From assembly GCA_010015585.1 (NCBI GenBank), contig ML975160.1: a stretch of 64,000 nt of DNA; one strand, written 5' to 3'. Shown one piece after another: positions 1-13,349 of the stretch (its first letter is position 1; every line of letters begins with the position of its first letter). Both the position numbers and the translations under genes were made by a program. The DNA comes from Eremomyces bilateralis CBS 781.70. Taxonomy: Eukaryota. A model generated the notes under the pieces. That model was given only the letters and a program-made list of their open reading frames with translations. It searched no databases and was not told the origin of the DNA.

Positions 1-2438
1 TAGAACACGTCTACTCCTCATGACCGGTTTGTGGTCTTCACTTACCGTCAAGTTTTGATTGTTATAGGGCTCTGGATGGTTCTTGATGTACTCAGTCGTC
101 TCGAACCCCGGTGGGTCGCACGTCACCATCGTTTTCCCCTTTGGCTGATACCATCGAACATAATCAATCCGCATAATCGTAGGGAATTTCAATTTTGCCC
201 AGTCGATATTGACCCACGAATTGCTGATGCCAAGATTTAGGACGATGGACATGGGTTCCTCGCTCACGACTCGACTACCAACGTTGCCGTTGGGTCCGAT
301 TGCCCTTCCATCGACCTGGTACACCATTTCCTCACCGACAAACCAAGAGATTTTTCCCTTAGCACCGGTCCCAGGCGTGTACTCAAAGGCGTATTTTTGG
401 TAAGCTTGGCCGTCAAACCACCGCTTATTCAGTGACGTGGTGGTCGAGACCGCTTGCTGGAATGGGCCGCCAGTATAACTGTTCGTCAGAGAGACTGCAG
501 GGTTCGGACAAGCAGTAAATTCATAATCCGGATAGTACTGCAAGTCCATTAGAAATAATGATTGACAAAGGGACTTGGAGGACAAAGGACAAGCATACCC
601 ATATGTCGAAAGGGGCGACCTGATAAGATTGTGTAGCAACGGGAATACCCGACCAATCTGCGCTGGCTTCAATGATGTCAATTTCTGGAGCTCCACGACC
701 TCTTCCCGGAGTGGGGTGGTCCGCGCCGGGGCAAGTGCAAGCTGGAAGACGTTGACCGGGGAGACGGGAGGTTCCATCGGTCATGGACTGATTTGGTGTA
801 ATGCCCACATCGCTATCGCTCATCGTGTCAACGGCAATATAAGAAGGCATTCCAGGTTGCGACTCACCATTCGTCATACGTGTAGGGCCACATGCCTTCG
901 GTCGTCGCCAAGTAGCCCGGTCGTCCAAGATTGCCCATTGTCCATGCCCCGGGCCACAAGCCCATGACACCGGCTGGACCGGGCAAAGAAATTGAAACCT
1001 CGAACACTCCGCCCTTGAAACAAGCCTGATTCCAGGTGTTCAACATCCCAGAGCGGAATTTGAGGTTGTGGTTGTCGAACTGATCCAGCCGAAGTTCCAG
1101 CACCCCATCCCACGTAGTCACGGCGTCAGGATCATACCATTCCAGATCCTGCGTTGCCCCATACCAAAAATCGGGCGCGAAGAAGTAAGGATCATCGCCA
1201 GGATAAAAAGTGCGGTTATTATCGTTGAACTCGTCGCTGAATACGAGGATGAGATCGCTGCCATCGACGGATTTCCGCGTCTTCGCGTGCGAGGGCGTGT
1301 CGGGGTCAATTAGACCCCTCCGCATATATCTGAGAAGAGGATGGTGGCGGTCGTTGACCGTTGCCCATGGTTGCGGTTCAGGGACCTGGTCAGGCATTTC
1401 GTCAATTGGCGTGTCGTAGCTCCCGCTGAAGTGAACCACACTGGTATAGCTGAGGACGGGGAACACCACAAAAAGGAACAAGATTCCGGATATCATCATA
1501 ATCAGCCCAATGGTGGAGCAGATGTTTGCCCTGGAGAAGTGATCTCTCAATCTCGGTCTGAATCGAACATCGTCGTCCGGATATGGCATATGCATATCGT
1601 CGTCCGGCTCCTTCTCGTCGAGAAAGAGAGGAAAACTGTACATCCCTCTAACAGCGTACGGGGCAGACAATCGGTCGTCGAGCGGGAAGAACTTTTCCAT
1701 TTCGGGGTCAGTAGGCAACTTGGTGGTAGATGCTCCTGGTAATGCTGCTGTCCGGATCGACTCGTCGCTAGATAGAAGAGCGGAGGGAGCCGGGACGCCG
1801 GGGGTAGACAGGAAAGAGCTCCGGCGGCAGTCCGAGAACGGGTTGAAGTATCTCGAATAATCGGAACCCAGCTCGTGCAAGGTCATGGGTATCGGCCGCC
1901 GATCATTTGTCTGGTCAGACTGGCTTGACTCCAGCCCTCGTGATCTCCCTAGGCGTTTGTGAGTGAGAGTCTTTGGCCATGACGGGGTTTGAGTCCGACC
2001 AGGAGTGGAATGCCGAGAAGGATCTGCTAGTCCGGCAGTTGGTAGAAGGAAATAGTCTTGCTGTTCCTTTGAAATAGCCTTATCATGGCTCTCGTGGCTG
2101 TGTGTCGACCCAGTTGGGGACTGAGGATTGAGGGGGGACGAAACGAGTGGCACATAGTTCGCTCGAGTTGTAGGCGAATGCATGGAGGAAGGGGACGGCG
2201 CTTTTCTCAGCGTGCCTTTCGAATCCTTGCTTGACATACTTGGAGGAATACTCGGAGAATCGAGGCCATGAGGTGCAGGAGGAGATTTGTCGGATTGATG
2301 CACAGCGGTTGCTGCGGCTTGGGCAGCGAGGCCAGACGGCGATCGACCTGCTTGCTGTGGGATGTCATCGTCGCCAGGTGCGATGGAGTCCCCAGCGGAG
2401 GAAGTCCGCGACACGGTCTTACTCAAGGGTGCCGCCAT
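1..2438 (-). CDS. KRE6: Beta-1,6-glucan synthesis-associated protein, KRE6/SKN1 family (GH16); 3' end runs off the window
   Basis: Long disordered N-terminus, one TM helix, then [40 protein letters not shown] and the GH16 motif PEIDIIE. Introns 813-867 and 538-598, plus one starting at 45 (GTAAG), join the frames; splice junctions give YDEC/DVG and DIW/YYPD. Confidence 0.93.
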
Positions 2439-4632
2439 ACACGTTCCTTCCTCGTGCAGGAGGAACAGAAGCTCTGAGGCAACGGAATGGTGTCAAGAGC
2501 GAGGCAGACGAGGCAAGAGTTTTGATATGTCCATGACGTGTTATCAACAAGGCTGTGCTACTGGCGGACGCGTATACGTCGGAGTAGAAGAGTCGAAGCA
2601 AAGAATCTAGTTATTATATGGCTATTAGACGGAGCAGGACCTTCGGCGAACGGATCGAGGTCGTTACAGGGAAGGGTCGACTTGATGGGCAGAGCAGGCC
2701 TCACGGATACAAGCCGGTTTGGTGAAGGCACAACGAGGGTGTATTCGGTATTAGTGGGATACCGGGACGAGGAAAGGGTAAATGTAGTGGGATGTGAGAA
2801 ATGCAGTCGACCAGATGGGAACAAATCAGCCAGTGGCTAGAATAGGAAAACGAACGTGCAAGTTTGACGACAACAGAGAGCCTGCGAAACGGAGAAAGGA
2901 GAAGAAGTAGAAGAAGGAAAAGAAACAAATGAAAGGAAATGAGAGGAAGTCAGTTGGGAATTGTCATTGTAACTACTCCATGCTGAATCTAAGCTGTGGT
3001 GACATGCTTGGATGGCATGTTGAATGATGGACGGGAATATGAAAGTGGCACAAAAGAACTACAAAGTCGCGAGAAGTCTGGAAAGGTGAAGCATGAAGAG
3101 CTCCTAAGGTGGTAAGGCCTCATTCTTCCCTATTGTATGTAAATGCAAGCACGTATGTAATCACCACTGCCATCCTCCATAATAGAAGAATTACTCCCTG
3201 CAGACTGCAGACCTCACTCACTAATTACTCTGTACCAGAGGATTGACTTCTATAATATAGCAAGTACACGGAGGTACTACAGACAACAACAAAGAATCCA
3301 CGGAATTTTCAGCATATCTTCGCCAACAAACCTGCCGTGTCCTCTCAACAGAACCAATGCCGCTCCCCCGGCCCCTGATTGATTGGCTGTTGCAGGCTCG
3401 GGCTATCCTCCGATGCCCCTGCCCTGGACAACCTTCGCAACATCTCAGAAGTCAGAAGTCAGAACCCATCTCCCTTCTCAGAGTCAGGCCACATTGATGA
3501 GTTTATAGGAATATGGCCATATCCGGATGACATTTGCCGTTGGACAACCGGCGGCTCAACTCTAAACTCTCCCACGATGCCCACAGTACTGGTCCTGCCC
3601 ATTGTACGGTGACGAGGGTCCCATCACAGTGCCTCCTGCAGACCTGCACACGGTGCATAGTTACCTGCACACCTGCATAGCGAGTCCTAAAGTCCGGATC
3701 CAGGCGCGGATTTTCGGAACCATGCCCGCGTGCCGGTTGGCGCTGTCCTTATCCATCTTATATCCACCTATTTCCCCTATTTTGTGCCGCCATCGTGCGA
3801 CGAAATGCGCATCATAGTGTAACCCCGAACGAGGGCCCTTTTCAACATGTCCCAGTCGGTTGGGCTCTTTGTTGGACCGATCACGAGCGCGATACGGTCG
3901 CAGTGGTCGAAGCGGTCGAAGCGGCCCGGATCCCATCGTGATGTTTCATCCACGGTTCCACTTCAGTTCTCCCAGGGCTCAAGCAACCACTATCACTAAT
4001 CAATCAGACCCAATCTCTTTCGCCTCTTTAGCCTCTTCAGTGTTTTGACAACACAAAATAGTCTCTTTTTCAGCTGCGAACGGTGGGATGACGCCATCAT
4101 GGGAGGGCAGTGTTCAAAAACAGAAACAAACCACCATGACCGTAATCGTTCGCTAGGAATAGGCACTGGACGACCACCTGGTTAATGCTGCTGCGTCATA
4201 AACTCATGGTGAACTGATAAGGACACGAGACAGGGTTGCACACCAATGTTGTGGTTGTCTCTTAGTCTTGGGTGGTATTATTGACAGGAAAGGCCGGCAA
4301 TTTCACGGCCGATGGCCCACTGATCCCATGTCCACACTTCTCCTGAGTGCATGATCCTCCGTATGCTATTCCGCCCCGCTCTGAACTCTCAGCTCCGCCG
4401 CCCTACGGACAGCCCATGCAAACTCTCCGAATGACGGAATGAAACTCCGAATCTTGAAGTCCTTGGATGCAAGGTCCGCAACCACACCCCTGGTACGACG
4501 TCGAGGCGTGCGACGTGCTTAAACGGGATCATCTGCCACTCTGCATCCACCTTATGTATATCCATTCCCGTCTAGCCACCTGTTGCAATCACTGCTTGAT
4601 GGGATGAGGTACCAAGTGCGATTGAGGGAAGT

Positions 4633-4786
4633 CATATGCAGTCTTCCCCCGGACTGCACTCATCAGCCCATTTTCGGGAGGCTGTGAGCACTCCCGACCG
4701 CGAATGGCATATGCAGTCTTCTCTCGGACTGCATTCATCAGCCCTCAGCCCATTTTTGGGAGGTCGTGGGCTATCTCGACCGTGAA
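4633..4786. repeat. Imperfect tandem duplication (~75-bp unit x2) overlapping the THI80 stop codon
   Basis: 4633-4704 and 4708-4786 both read CATATGCAGTCTTC..CGGACTGCA.TCATCAGCCC..ATTTT.GGGAGG...CGACCG.GAA. Confidence 0.85.
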
Positions 4787-5583
4787 CAAAACCATCTTGT
4801 CTGTTGTGACACACACGGTGTCTTGGACAATATGGTTGCTTGTACTTACCCGTCCGCCCATGGACGTAAACCAGTTGTTCACATCCCATTCGAACCCTTG
4901 GGTGGTGATGGTTGCGGGACCGTAGATAGGCAAGACCCCCGCCTGGTGAGTGAAGTAGCCCTGTGAGAATTTGGTCTCGATAATGTTCTCTCCTGGCAGA
5001 AGCAAGAATGAGATGCTCGACTCCGAGATCAACCACAGCCGCGTCTGAGGGTCGTGATGGTGCTCACGAAGGATCTCGTGTAGCAGGCCGATCCCTTGGT
5101 CGATCCGTCCACCGATACCACCAAAAACCATGATATCTGTAGTAGCTTGATAAGTGCTAGATTTCAATGATCGCATAGCCTTGCCAAAATCCGTGCTTTC
5201 TTGGTCGTCAACGAAAGTGACCTGAACCTGCTCCCGTGCGTAGTAAGACTTGACGTCATCCCGAATGGAGTCTAAGTCGCCCACAATCTCGTCCGGTAAC
5301 TGCTCGTTGCGTCAGTGAGGTCAACAGTGGACAGAATGCGGCTCACATATGTCCTCCGCGTCTCCGACTGGTCCGGAGCGAAGGCATCAAACAATCGATT
5401 GGCGGCTCCATCAGCACAGACGCGTGCTAGGCTGTTCTCCCAAAGTTGGAAGAGAAGATCTGGCCGATAGATCGGCTGGTTTAGCAGCAACAGCTTAACT
5501 CCAGATGGTCTTGTGGCTCCCGATCCCTTGGCATCTCCGAGATGGATTGTGGGATGGAAGACTCGACGCATGTTTCTCGACAT
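4745..5583 (-). CDS. THI80: Thiamine pyrophosphokinase
   Basis: Motifs LLLLNQPI, VCADGAANRL, IVGDLDSI, DQESTDFGKA, GGIGGRIDQ, GFEWDV and STSNH. Intron 5300-5346 (GTGAGC..CAG). About 263 aa; alternative ATG at 5571. Confidence 0.93.
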
Positions 5584-5880
5584 GCGAACGGGGACAAGAC
5601 CCTGTTGGCAGCACACGGAACCCCTAGAACCCCTAGCTCTTTCTAATAAATATGCACTCAGCCATTACACCCGCTGGTCTAAGGAAATAAGAGAAATAGT
5701 TAAATTCGAAGCAATATCCTACTGGCTTCGTGACAAACTTGTAGCACCAGACGATGAGACTTATCAATAATCGGCGACTTCGGTGGGAGTGGGTGGGCAC
5801 GTGCTGTGGCGCTGGAGAGTGGAGCGTGCTGAGCCGTGCTCCAGCCATTGAGATCCTCTGATCCTCAGCTCGCTCCTCGA

Positions 5881-5988
5881 GTCAATTCCGGTCAATTCCT
5901 ACCAATTCCTGTCAATTCCTGTCAATTCCTGTCAATTCCTGTCAATTCCTGTCAATTTCTGTCAATTTCTGTCAATTTCTGTCAATTC
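5881..5988. repeat. Minisatellite, 10-bp unit GTCAATTYCT x ~11
   Basis: Directly visible tandem copies gtcaattcct/gtcaatttct. Confidence 0.95.
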
Positions 5989-7496
5989 AACATCAATACT
6001 CTGTACGCGCACAACAATACTTAACTTGCCGCTATTGAATCCCTTATAAAATGGGTGTGAGAGATGCTATGACGCCCTAGATACACCGTGATGACATCGT
6101 GGTTCTCCTTTCTTGTATGCTAACGAATCTCCAGTAAACAATACTAGCCTAGTCGACGCGCTCTGTTATGAGTCTCTTTCCACGCCAGTACGGAATATAC
6201 CTCTAATACCTCGCGGTTCACAAAGATCGGAGGTGGACCGCTTTGCAGGATCGTCACCGTGAACACCCACACCATCTGAACCTATTCCCACGTCAGCAAG
6301 AGCGAGGAATGTCGCTGGTGTCCTTGAATGGTCGCATTTGTACAACCTGTCCGTGACAGCTCGCAGCACCCTCCCCTTTCATTGCACCAGCTCGGGCACC
6401 CACATCATGCAAGTGCTGCAACAGCATTTCCCGCCGATCAGCCTTTTTCTGGCCGTGACATTTCACAGGTGCTGAAGCCGTTTTCATCCAAGCGATTTCG
6501 AGGCCAACGCACCCTTCACTCGTTCGCTTTGCGTTGTGATGATGTTCATCGGTCACACGGCCCAATTCCAGCCTCCACCAGAGACCAAAAACATGGCCTT
6601 TGTGACCCGTTCTGGTACAGTTCTAGAAGTATACCGGAAGAAGACGTTGTCCACTCAGCTGAGAGCTTGCCGCATTGGACGTCTAGCCGAACTTGGCATT
6701 ATTGAATCTACCTATCTCATACCTCCATCAAGGTGGCTATACCCGGCTATTTCGAGGTGGGCGTACTTTCCTATGCTTAAGATGGTTGTTATTGCCTTCT
6801 TCATGCCATTCAATCGATTCATTATTCTCGTCTGAAAGTCACAGTAGTGCGCGCTATTGGTTCTACACAGGTGCCTGACCCCGTTCATTCGCTGGTTGGG
6901 TTTCTCCTCCCGTATCACACGCTCCTCTTTGCCCCATCAATGCCCAACATCTAGTTGAATCATACTGATACTAACGATCCGAGGGGCGGTAACCCCACAT
7001 CAGCGAGCCAGTTGGTGAACCCTTTTGCTAGACGCCTAACCAGAGTTGTTCCTCTTACGGTATGGGCTGGCTCGTATTAGCACACAGGTTTAGGGGGGCA
7101 AGGTCGCATTTAAGCGTGCATGGTCCATTCCAAGGCTGAGAGCCCCATCACGCGGCTTCTTTCATTACTCAATTTCCTACCACGCACTGGTGTCTGTCGG
7201 GGGTGCCGCTTTTGGCCGCTGATGATATATCTGGGGTCTCAAATTGGTAGTCACTGTATTGTATTTGTTTTAACCGCAATGCTAACTGTATGACCTGACC
7301 GGAAAACAACTTTCCTTGGAATCCCAACCTTCTCTATGCCGCTTGATATCATCATATATTACCCTTGCACTTGCCTTAATTCTCCTATTTATTGTGTTAA
7401 ATCCAGCTCCTCCTAGTTTGATTCAGGCTATTCATTGATCTCTCTCCTTCAACCAGCCCATACTCCGCTACGGACTGCCAGCTCTAACCCCGAAAC

Positions 7497-8252
7497 ATGT
7501 CTTCACCGAGTCGGCCCATCGCATGCACGGCATGCTCTCGCGCCAAAACCAAATGCGACAAACTAGTCAGTGGACATGGCCCGGGTCATCAAGCATCGAC
7601 TGACGGGCAACAGATCCCCACGTGCTCGCGTTGCAAGGCGCGCCGAATGGTCTGCGAACCGCGGACTGCCGGCCCTCACAACGCTAGCAGTCACTCCTCT
7701 CGGAGTTCCTCAAATCCACTCGATGCTTCGATGCAGCGCCAGATGACATCCTTCTACCAGAACCAGGGGGCCGAGCCCGTGGCCGGACGCACTCTGTCTT
7801 CGCAGTCGAGACACTATGGAAACGCTGCATCAAATCCCACATGGCCATCGTCCGCTCATCCCCTCGAAGCCTGCCGCATGCCTAGCTATTACGATTCAAC
7901 CGCCTCGGAAGGCCCTTACCTAGATATGGATATGGACCTGGACTCCGGCCTCGACCTAGACTGCAACGATGACTTCGCCAGATCATTCTCATCCCCATCT
8001 CCTCAGGGCCAAATGACAGGATACCTGCCCGCAACGGGATACACTACAACAACAAGCGCGAATGGATACAATATAAATTCCCACTGCGGACCGGGAGACG
8101 CCTACGCAGGATATGTGCAAACTGGCACGGACGCTGGGAGTGGTTACGGAACTTCAAACGGAGCCTCTGGATATGCGAACGCAAGTCCAGCGTTCGAGCA
8201 TTCGAAATCTAACAGTTATCCCTATATGCAGACCAAGGGTAGCTACCAATGA
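7497..8252 (+). CDS. Short Zn(II)2Cys6 transcription factor (~235 aa)
   Basis: ACTACSRAKTKCDKL|IPTCSRCKARRMVC after removing the 48-nt intron 7566-7613 (GTCAGT..CTGAC..CAG). Low-complexity, partly acidic C-terminus. Confidence 0.85.
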   Translation: MSSPSRPIACTACSRAKTKCDKLVSGHGPGHQASTDGQQIPTCSRCKARRMVCEPRTAGPHNASSHSSRSSSNPLDASMQRQMTSFYQNQGAEPVAGRTLSSQSRHYGNAASNPTWPSSAHPLEACRMPSYYDSTASEGPYLDMDMDLDSGLDLDCNDDFARSFSSPSPQGQMTGYLPATGYTTTTSANGYNINSHCGPGDAYAGYVQTGTDAGSGYGTSNGASGYANASPAFEHSKSNSYPYMQTKGSYQ

Positions 8253-9196
8253 CGGAATGATGTTATTTGCCCGATTGAAAGCGGTTTGATTTGATCTCAT
8301 TTCTTTGGTTACTCCAGACTGGGCTGACTCGCTCTTGTATGATGAGATGCACTACCTCTCTGTCGCATAAATTGGGGGACGGCTATGTCCATATATCCTT
8401 TCGGGGGTTGACTTTCACTTCCGCACACGATTTCTGATTCCTAGCGGTCTTGCTTTTAATTAGAGGATATCTCCTCGGTTTCAACTACTACGTACTTTAC
8501 CTCGTACATAGACTGCTTTTAATGCAACGAGATGACGATCCATTCTAATCGATGCTTCGTGGATTGCAGTGCTGCACTATTCATTAACCAGTATCCAGTT
8601 TGGCTGGGCGATCGCACATTGCTGCCTTTTTAACTTTCAAGCTGGCATTCTCGGGACTAACAATTCTTCGGAGTTGGAAGATATTATGATCCAAGAGCAA
8701 GTTGCCCAATACATCAAAATGAAAATATGATATTCCTCTCAAACTCTTCTTTCGACTCGTGTTGACACCATAATTTCGCGTTTCCCTTCCTTTGTTGAGC
8801 CTTATGGTATCACTTAGGGACCGAACTCCAAAGTAAGCTTCAAAGAACTTTGATTGGGCAATGGTGTTGGTCAAATGCGTTGATCGAATCTTACGCATCA
8901 ACAAATTTAACATCCCCATGCACTGTTCCGGAGGCGGGGGATCGACTCACGTCGGGCCTTTCGGCACAGAATACGGTAAAGTCGATAATAGGACCTTACT
9001 TCTCAGATACCATTCATAGTATTCTCCCAGTGACAGCCTGCCTAATTAACAGCAGTCCAGCACATATTGCCCTTGGGTGTTCCGCAAAACAGAATCTCTA
9101 CAGCGACTACCCGTACCAACAAAGGAACACGAGCTTCCTATTCCAACCACGCTACTCAACCCGACCCCGTCAATATACGTCACGTCACCGTCAGAT

Positions 9197-10220
9197 ATGG
9201 GTGGCACCAATGAAAACCAGGAAAACAAAGTCGATGTGGAATCCACGGTGAAGAGAAACCCACATCCAGACTTCAAGACTGTGGAGTCGTCAAGACCGCT
9301 ATGGTCAGAAGCAACCTTCAAGTACACTCGAACTCCAAATCCTGACTGGAAGGTTGGGCAAGGAGCCAATGATGGCGGGGAGGGCTTGAAGAAAGGACAT
9401 GTCGAAATAGACCCCTATGAGCCGGGACGACCAGCTGTGTTCAATTATAAACTTTTGATCAGTGCCATCGTCCCACGGCCCATTGGATTCTGCTCAACGG
9501 TCTCGAAAGACGGTGAGTAGCCTTGAGTATCTCATTTGATCCTTCACAAAGCCTCTGGCAGTGATCCTCACAAGATGACTAAAGCATATCAGGGACAAGT
9601 CCGAATCTGGCGCCGTTTAGTTTCTTCAATGTCATCAACCATGATCCGCCCCTGTTCGTTTTTGGATTTTCAGGAGGCTTCGATCGGGCTAAAGACAGCT
9701 GTCGCAACTTAGTCGATACTGGAGAATGTATGCTACCTCCCTGGGTTGTGTCAGTCTCGGTGCCGCTGATAACCTCTACTCAGGCTGCATCAACATCATC
9801 TCGGAACATTACATCGAAGCCGCGAACTTCACTTCTATCAACACTCCACACGGCATCTCGGAATGGGGAGTCGCCGGCTTACACCCTGCCCCTTGCTCCG
9901 AGGTGAAACCATCCCGGGTCAAAGAAGCCATATTCTCCATTGAGGCGAAGTTGGTGGAGACGAAGGAGTTTGAAAGTAGATCTATGCCTGGAAAGAAGAG
10001 CGGAGTACTAGCCATCGTCGAAGGTATCAGGTTCCATGCGCGCCAGGACGCCATCAATGAGGACAAGAATATGATCGATCCGGCGATTTTGAGGCCGATG
10101 GGTCGACTGGGAGGAATCGGTTATTCGAGGGTTACGGAAGGAATCGAGCTTCCCAGACCCGACTTCACTGAGGTTTCAAAGAATGGTAACGCGGGGGAGT
10201 TCATCAAGCCGAAAGCCTAA
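9197..10220 (+). CDS. Flavin reductase-like FMN-binding split-barrel protein (flavoprotein oxygenase family)
   Basis: RNPHPDFK, YKLLISAIVPRPIGFCST, NLAPFSFFN and RPMGRLGGIGY. Introns 9513-9592 and 9728-9783. About 295 aa. Confidence 0.9.
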
Positions 10221-10457
10221 GGATAATAGACGGACAATAGAGCGGAAGGCCTTTCACCGGCTTAACCTGAGCTAAAATATCGACACCACAGAACCCTAGA
10301 GGGCTCCACACCATACCCGTGAAGGATGATATAGACCGTATAGACCCAAACCCGCCCATTGCTGTCTCGATATTCATAGATATTCGTTCATGATCGTCAT
10401 GTTCCCCTAAATTGAAAGACCGTAAATCTGTCCAGTCCACCAAATCCCGGACACTTC

Positions 10458-12290
10458 CTACTTCATGCCAATACACTCCTTCGGCCACTCGAGCCATTTA
10501 TTCCATTTTCCCCCATCGGCATGCTCAACCATTTCACATATTGACAGCACGAGATCTCTGCCAATACCTTCGAACATCCAAACCTCGTCAAGCCGATAGA
10601 GCAGCATCGCATAGTGTGCCATCAAAATAAGTGCCGGCATTTGCTGCGTCTCCAACAAGTCTACGTACGCTTCTGGTAATGAAAACAACCACATGAAGAC
10701 GACAGACATGATCGGGACTTTGGGAGCAAATTTGGGGTCTTTGGTTTTCGGGGCCGGGTGACTGAGGCGGGCGAAGGTGATTCGTAGCTCCATGAGCGCT
10801 CGATTGTAGGTCAGGATTTCCGCTTCTCGGTCTACCAGTCTTTCGGGGGATATCATCCACGTAAAAGGTGAGATTCCGCGTGAAGGGTCTAATCTGTTCT
10901 CAACGGATATCGTCCCGACCGGTCTTAAGATCCCAGAGCCAAGGGTCGGCGATTCGTGATGATTCCCATAACCGTCGGGTTCAGAGACCGTTACTGACAA
11001 TGGGGAACTGTCAGACAATGCTTCGGTGCCCTCGTATGATGTGGTCCCGGTTTTCGGAACTGCCACCAAATGACTCAAGCGATTCTCAATGGTTAGCTGC
11101 TCTGGTTGGCGACGAGTTTCTCCTTCTTGTCGCCATAAATCTTCCAGTTCGCTAAGCCGGCGGTCCCATTCAATCGCCTTATCTGTTTCTGGTCGAGCGG
11201 TTGTGGTCCAGGTACGTGCATTCACGTATAAAAAGTCCTTCAAAGGCCCTTGAGCGATCCAAGGGATCGCGGGATGTATTACAAGCCTGGCACCACGCAC
11301 AAGGCGAATCCATTCGGGTTGCGCTACGAGACTCGATGGTTGTATTCGTGCTGATGCATCTGGTCCAAATTGTGGCGAAGTTTGGAACGTACCCTGGGTT
11401 TGGGCTGATTGCCCGGGGGAGCTAGGAGTGAGCGGAGACCTATTTCTTAGATCGGCCTGCGTATTCGCATGGAAAATACCACCCTCCTTCCTTGGGACAG
11501 CGAAGACCTGACAGATAAGTAAGAGAGAGAAGGCGAATAGCGCATGGCAATTCGCGATTGTGATAGACTCCATGTTCACCCGGTAGAGGCTAAGAGCCTG
11601 GCCTTGCCAATGGGCCGCAGCTTTGTACAGCTCGTCTCTTCCAGAAAGATCGTTCTTTTGCGTCTTCACATGAGCGATATGAAGTGCCGAGACCGCCAAT
11701 AACCCGTTTAAAAGGAAGTCGTGTTTCAGGGCGATAATCGGGATCTCGAACTGCCAGAGCTTTTGCAGCGGTATCTGGTCGGTGATGGTTTGAGAGGTGA
11801 AGTGTGAGAAGTGGTGGAAAAGATGTAAATCGTCCCGGCTAAATGCATCGTATGCTTTGGCAAACATAATACCTTGTGGACCCAAAATCGGCGGTGGTGA
11901 ACAGGAGGATGTGTCCAGTGTCGGCCTCCGCCTTGTCAACGCTCGTGATTGACTTCTTGAAGCGGCTGAAGAAGGGGGGACTGGCTGGTAGGCACAGTCT
12001 AGTCCCATTTTCGTGCAATTTAAACAGCATGGTTTCGTTTCATCGCACTAAATTGGTTCTATTAGTAGAAGAACAAAGGTTGATGATAGTAGCAATAATG
12101 AGCAAAGACAAGGTCAAAGGGAACAGATGCAAAGTATGACATCGTGGATTACAGAGCAAGACAATATCGATGGGTTTAAGCAGGCAGGACATGTACTGCT
12201 TCATGAGATCGCATTCCATACCTTGATCCTTCGTCGCTTGCACGTCACGCATCCCGTGCGTGTCTTCTGGTGTGGTTTTCGTGGGTACAT
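10458..12290 (-). CDS. Zn(II)2Cys6 transcription factor, Upc2/sterol-uptake-control-like family
   Basis: Exon 1 MYPRKPHQKTRTGCVTCKRRRIK (12290-12222), intron 12048-12221, then CDETKPCCLNCTKMGLDCAY. Also DLHLFHHF, FLLNGLLAVSALH, PALILMAHYAMLL and a terminal WLEWP. About 552 aa. Confidence 0.9.
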
Positions 12291-13349
12291 GATGGAGGAA
12301 TGGGTGCTATGGGGTTGCAGAGGTTACGAGATACGATGAAGGACTCCCGTGAGAGATACTCTCTGAGTACTGATATCCCCAGCCACTCGCATCTAGGGGC
12401 GAGTGGCCTCTAGAACTGTTGTGCCGCTTGGATTTGAAGGGTCTGTGAGCGTCGGAAGCCTCGCAGATGGTTAGCGATGGGCGTAGAATCGGTAAATGAG
12501 GTTGTAACTTCGATGATGAACCAAATACGGCCGATCTAGCAGTTAAGAGCCAATGAGCCTAGTCCAGACGCTTGGATCTTTGGGTGTAGGCCACCAAATA
12601 CTGCGCGTTTTCACTTGATGTCCAGTAAATGTGAAACCGTTGTTCCCGACTAGAGGTCCAACGTGGGAGGAAGCGCTCATGCAAAAATAGTCTGGGGTGT
12701 TCAGGAACAGGCACCTGATGCCCTCACCCCATTCTTTATTCGCAATTAATCTGATAAAGCTAATTAAAGCTTTATAGCTACCTATAAGTTGATGAAGTGA
12801 GGCATAAGGACTGGGAATAGAGTTGCTGGCTTCCAAATCCACTGTCGCAAATAGATTGTTGGAGAACAGTTGCCTCGGATCAAAAACAGACCCTTGCCCC
12901 CCAAGTCTCAAAGCGTCAGAGTGGCGCATCATGGAAGGGTTTGCCAAGTGATCATGGAGTGAACTAGCCTTTAGCTTACTTGTTTCTCCTAATTTTACTG
13001 GCGCCATAGCCGTATGTCGATCCTGCCTGGATATTCATTGATCATGGCTTCGATTTCGGCGTGCGTGATACGCCTGATGCTGAAGGTGCTGAACTCTGAA
13101 GGCGCCGCTGATGTTGTCCATAAGCTTTGGCCAGTTTAGGGCACATACCCCAGAATACGCCCATCCATGTTTCGATCCCCGGCCACGGCACCTGGCTGCC
13201 GAGGATAGGGCAAACCAGCACCATCAGCCCTCGTTCCTTAATCCCTTCTAGGATCGCAATGTTTAACATAAGGGAATCGGCCACTAGGTAGGCACCAATG
13301 GAGCGGCATACGATTCGCTTCGCCGGTTTATAGACGACACCAAGGAAAA

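Noticed and set aside
3896..3927. Short GGTCGAAGC-type 9-bp repeat (3-4 copies)
   Set aside because: Too short and degenerate to distinguish from ordinary slippage.
6000..7400. Possible degraded gene or transposon after the minisatellite
   Set aside because: The frames I translated are short and show no recognisable motif, TIR or LTR.
12543..13284. ORFs of 154 aa and 80 aa between the Upc2-like factor and RSE1
   Set aside because: No domain signature or clear splice support; probably promoter or UTR sequence.
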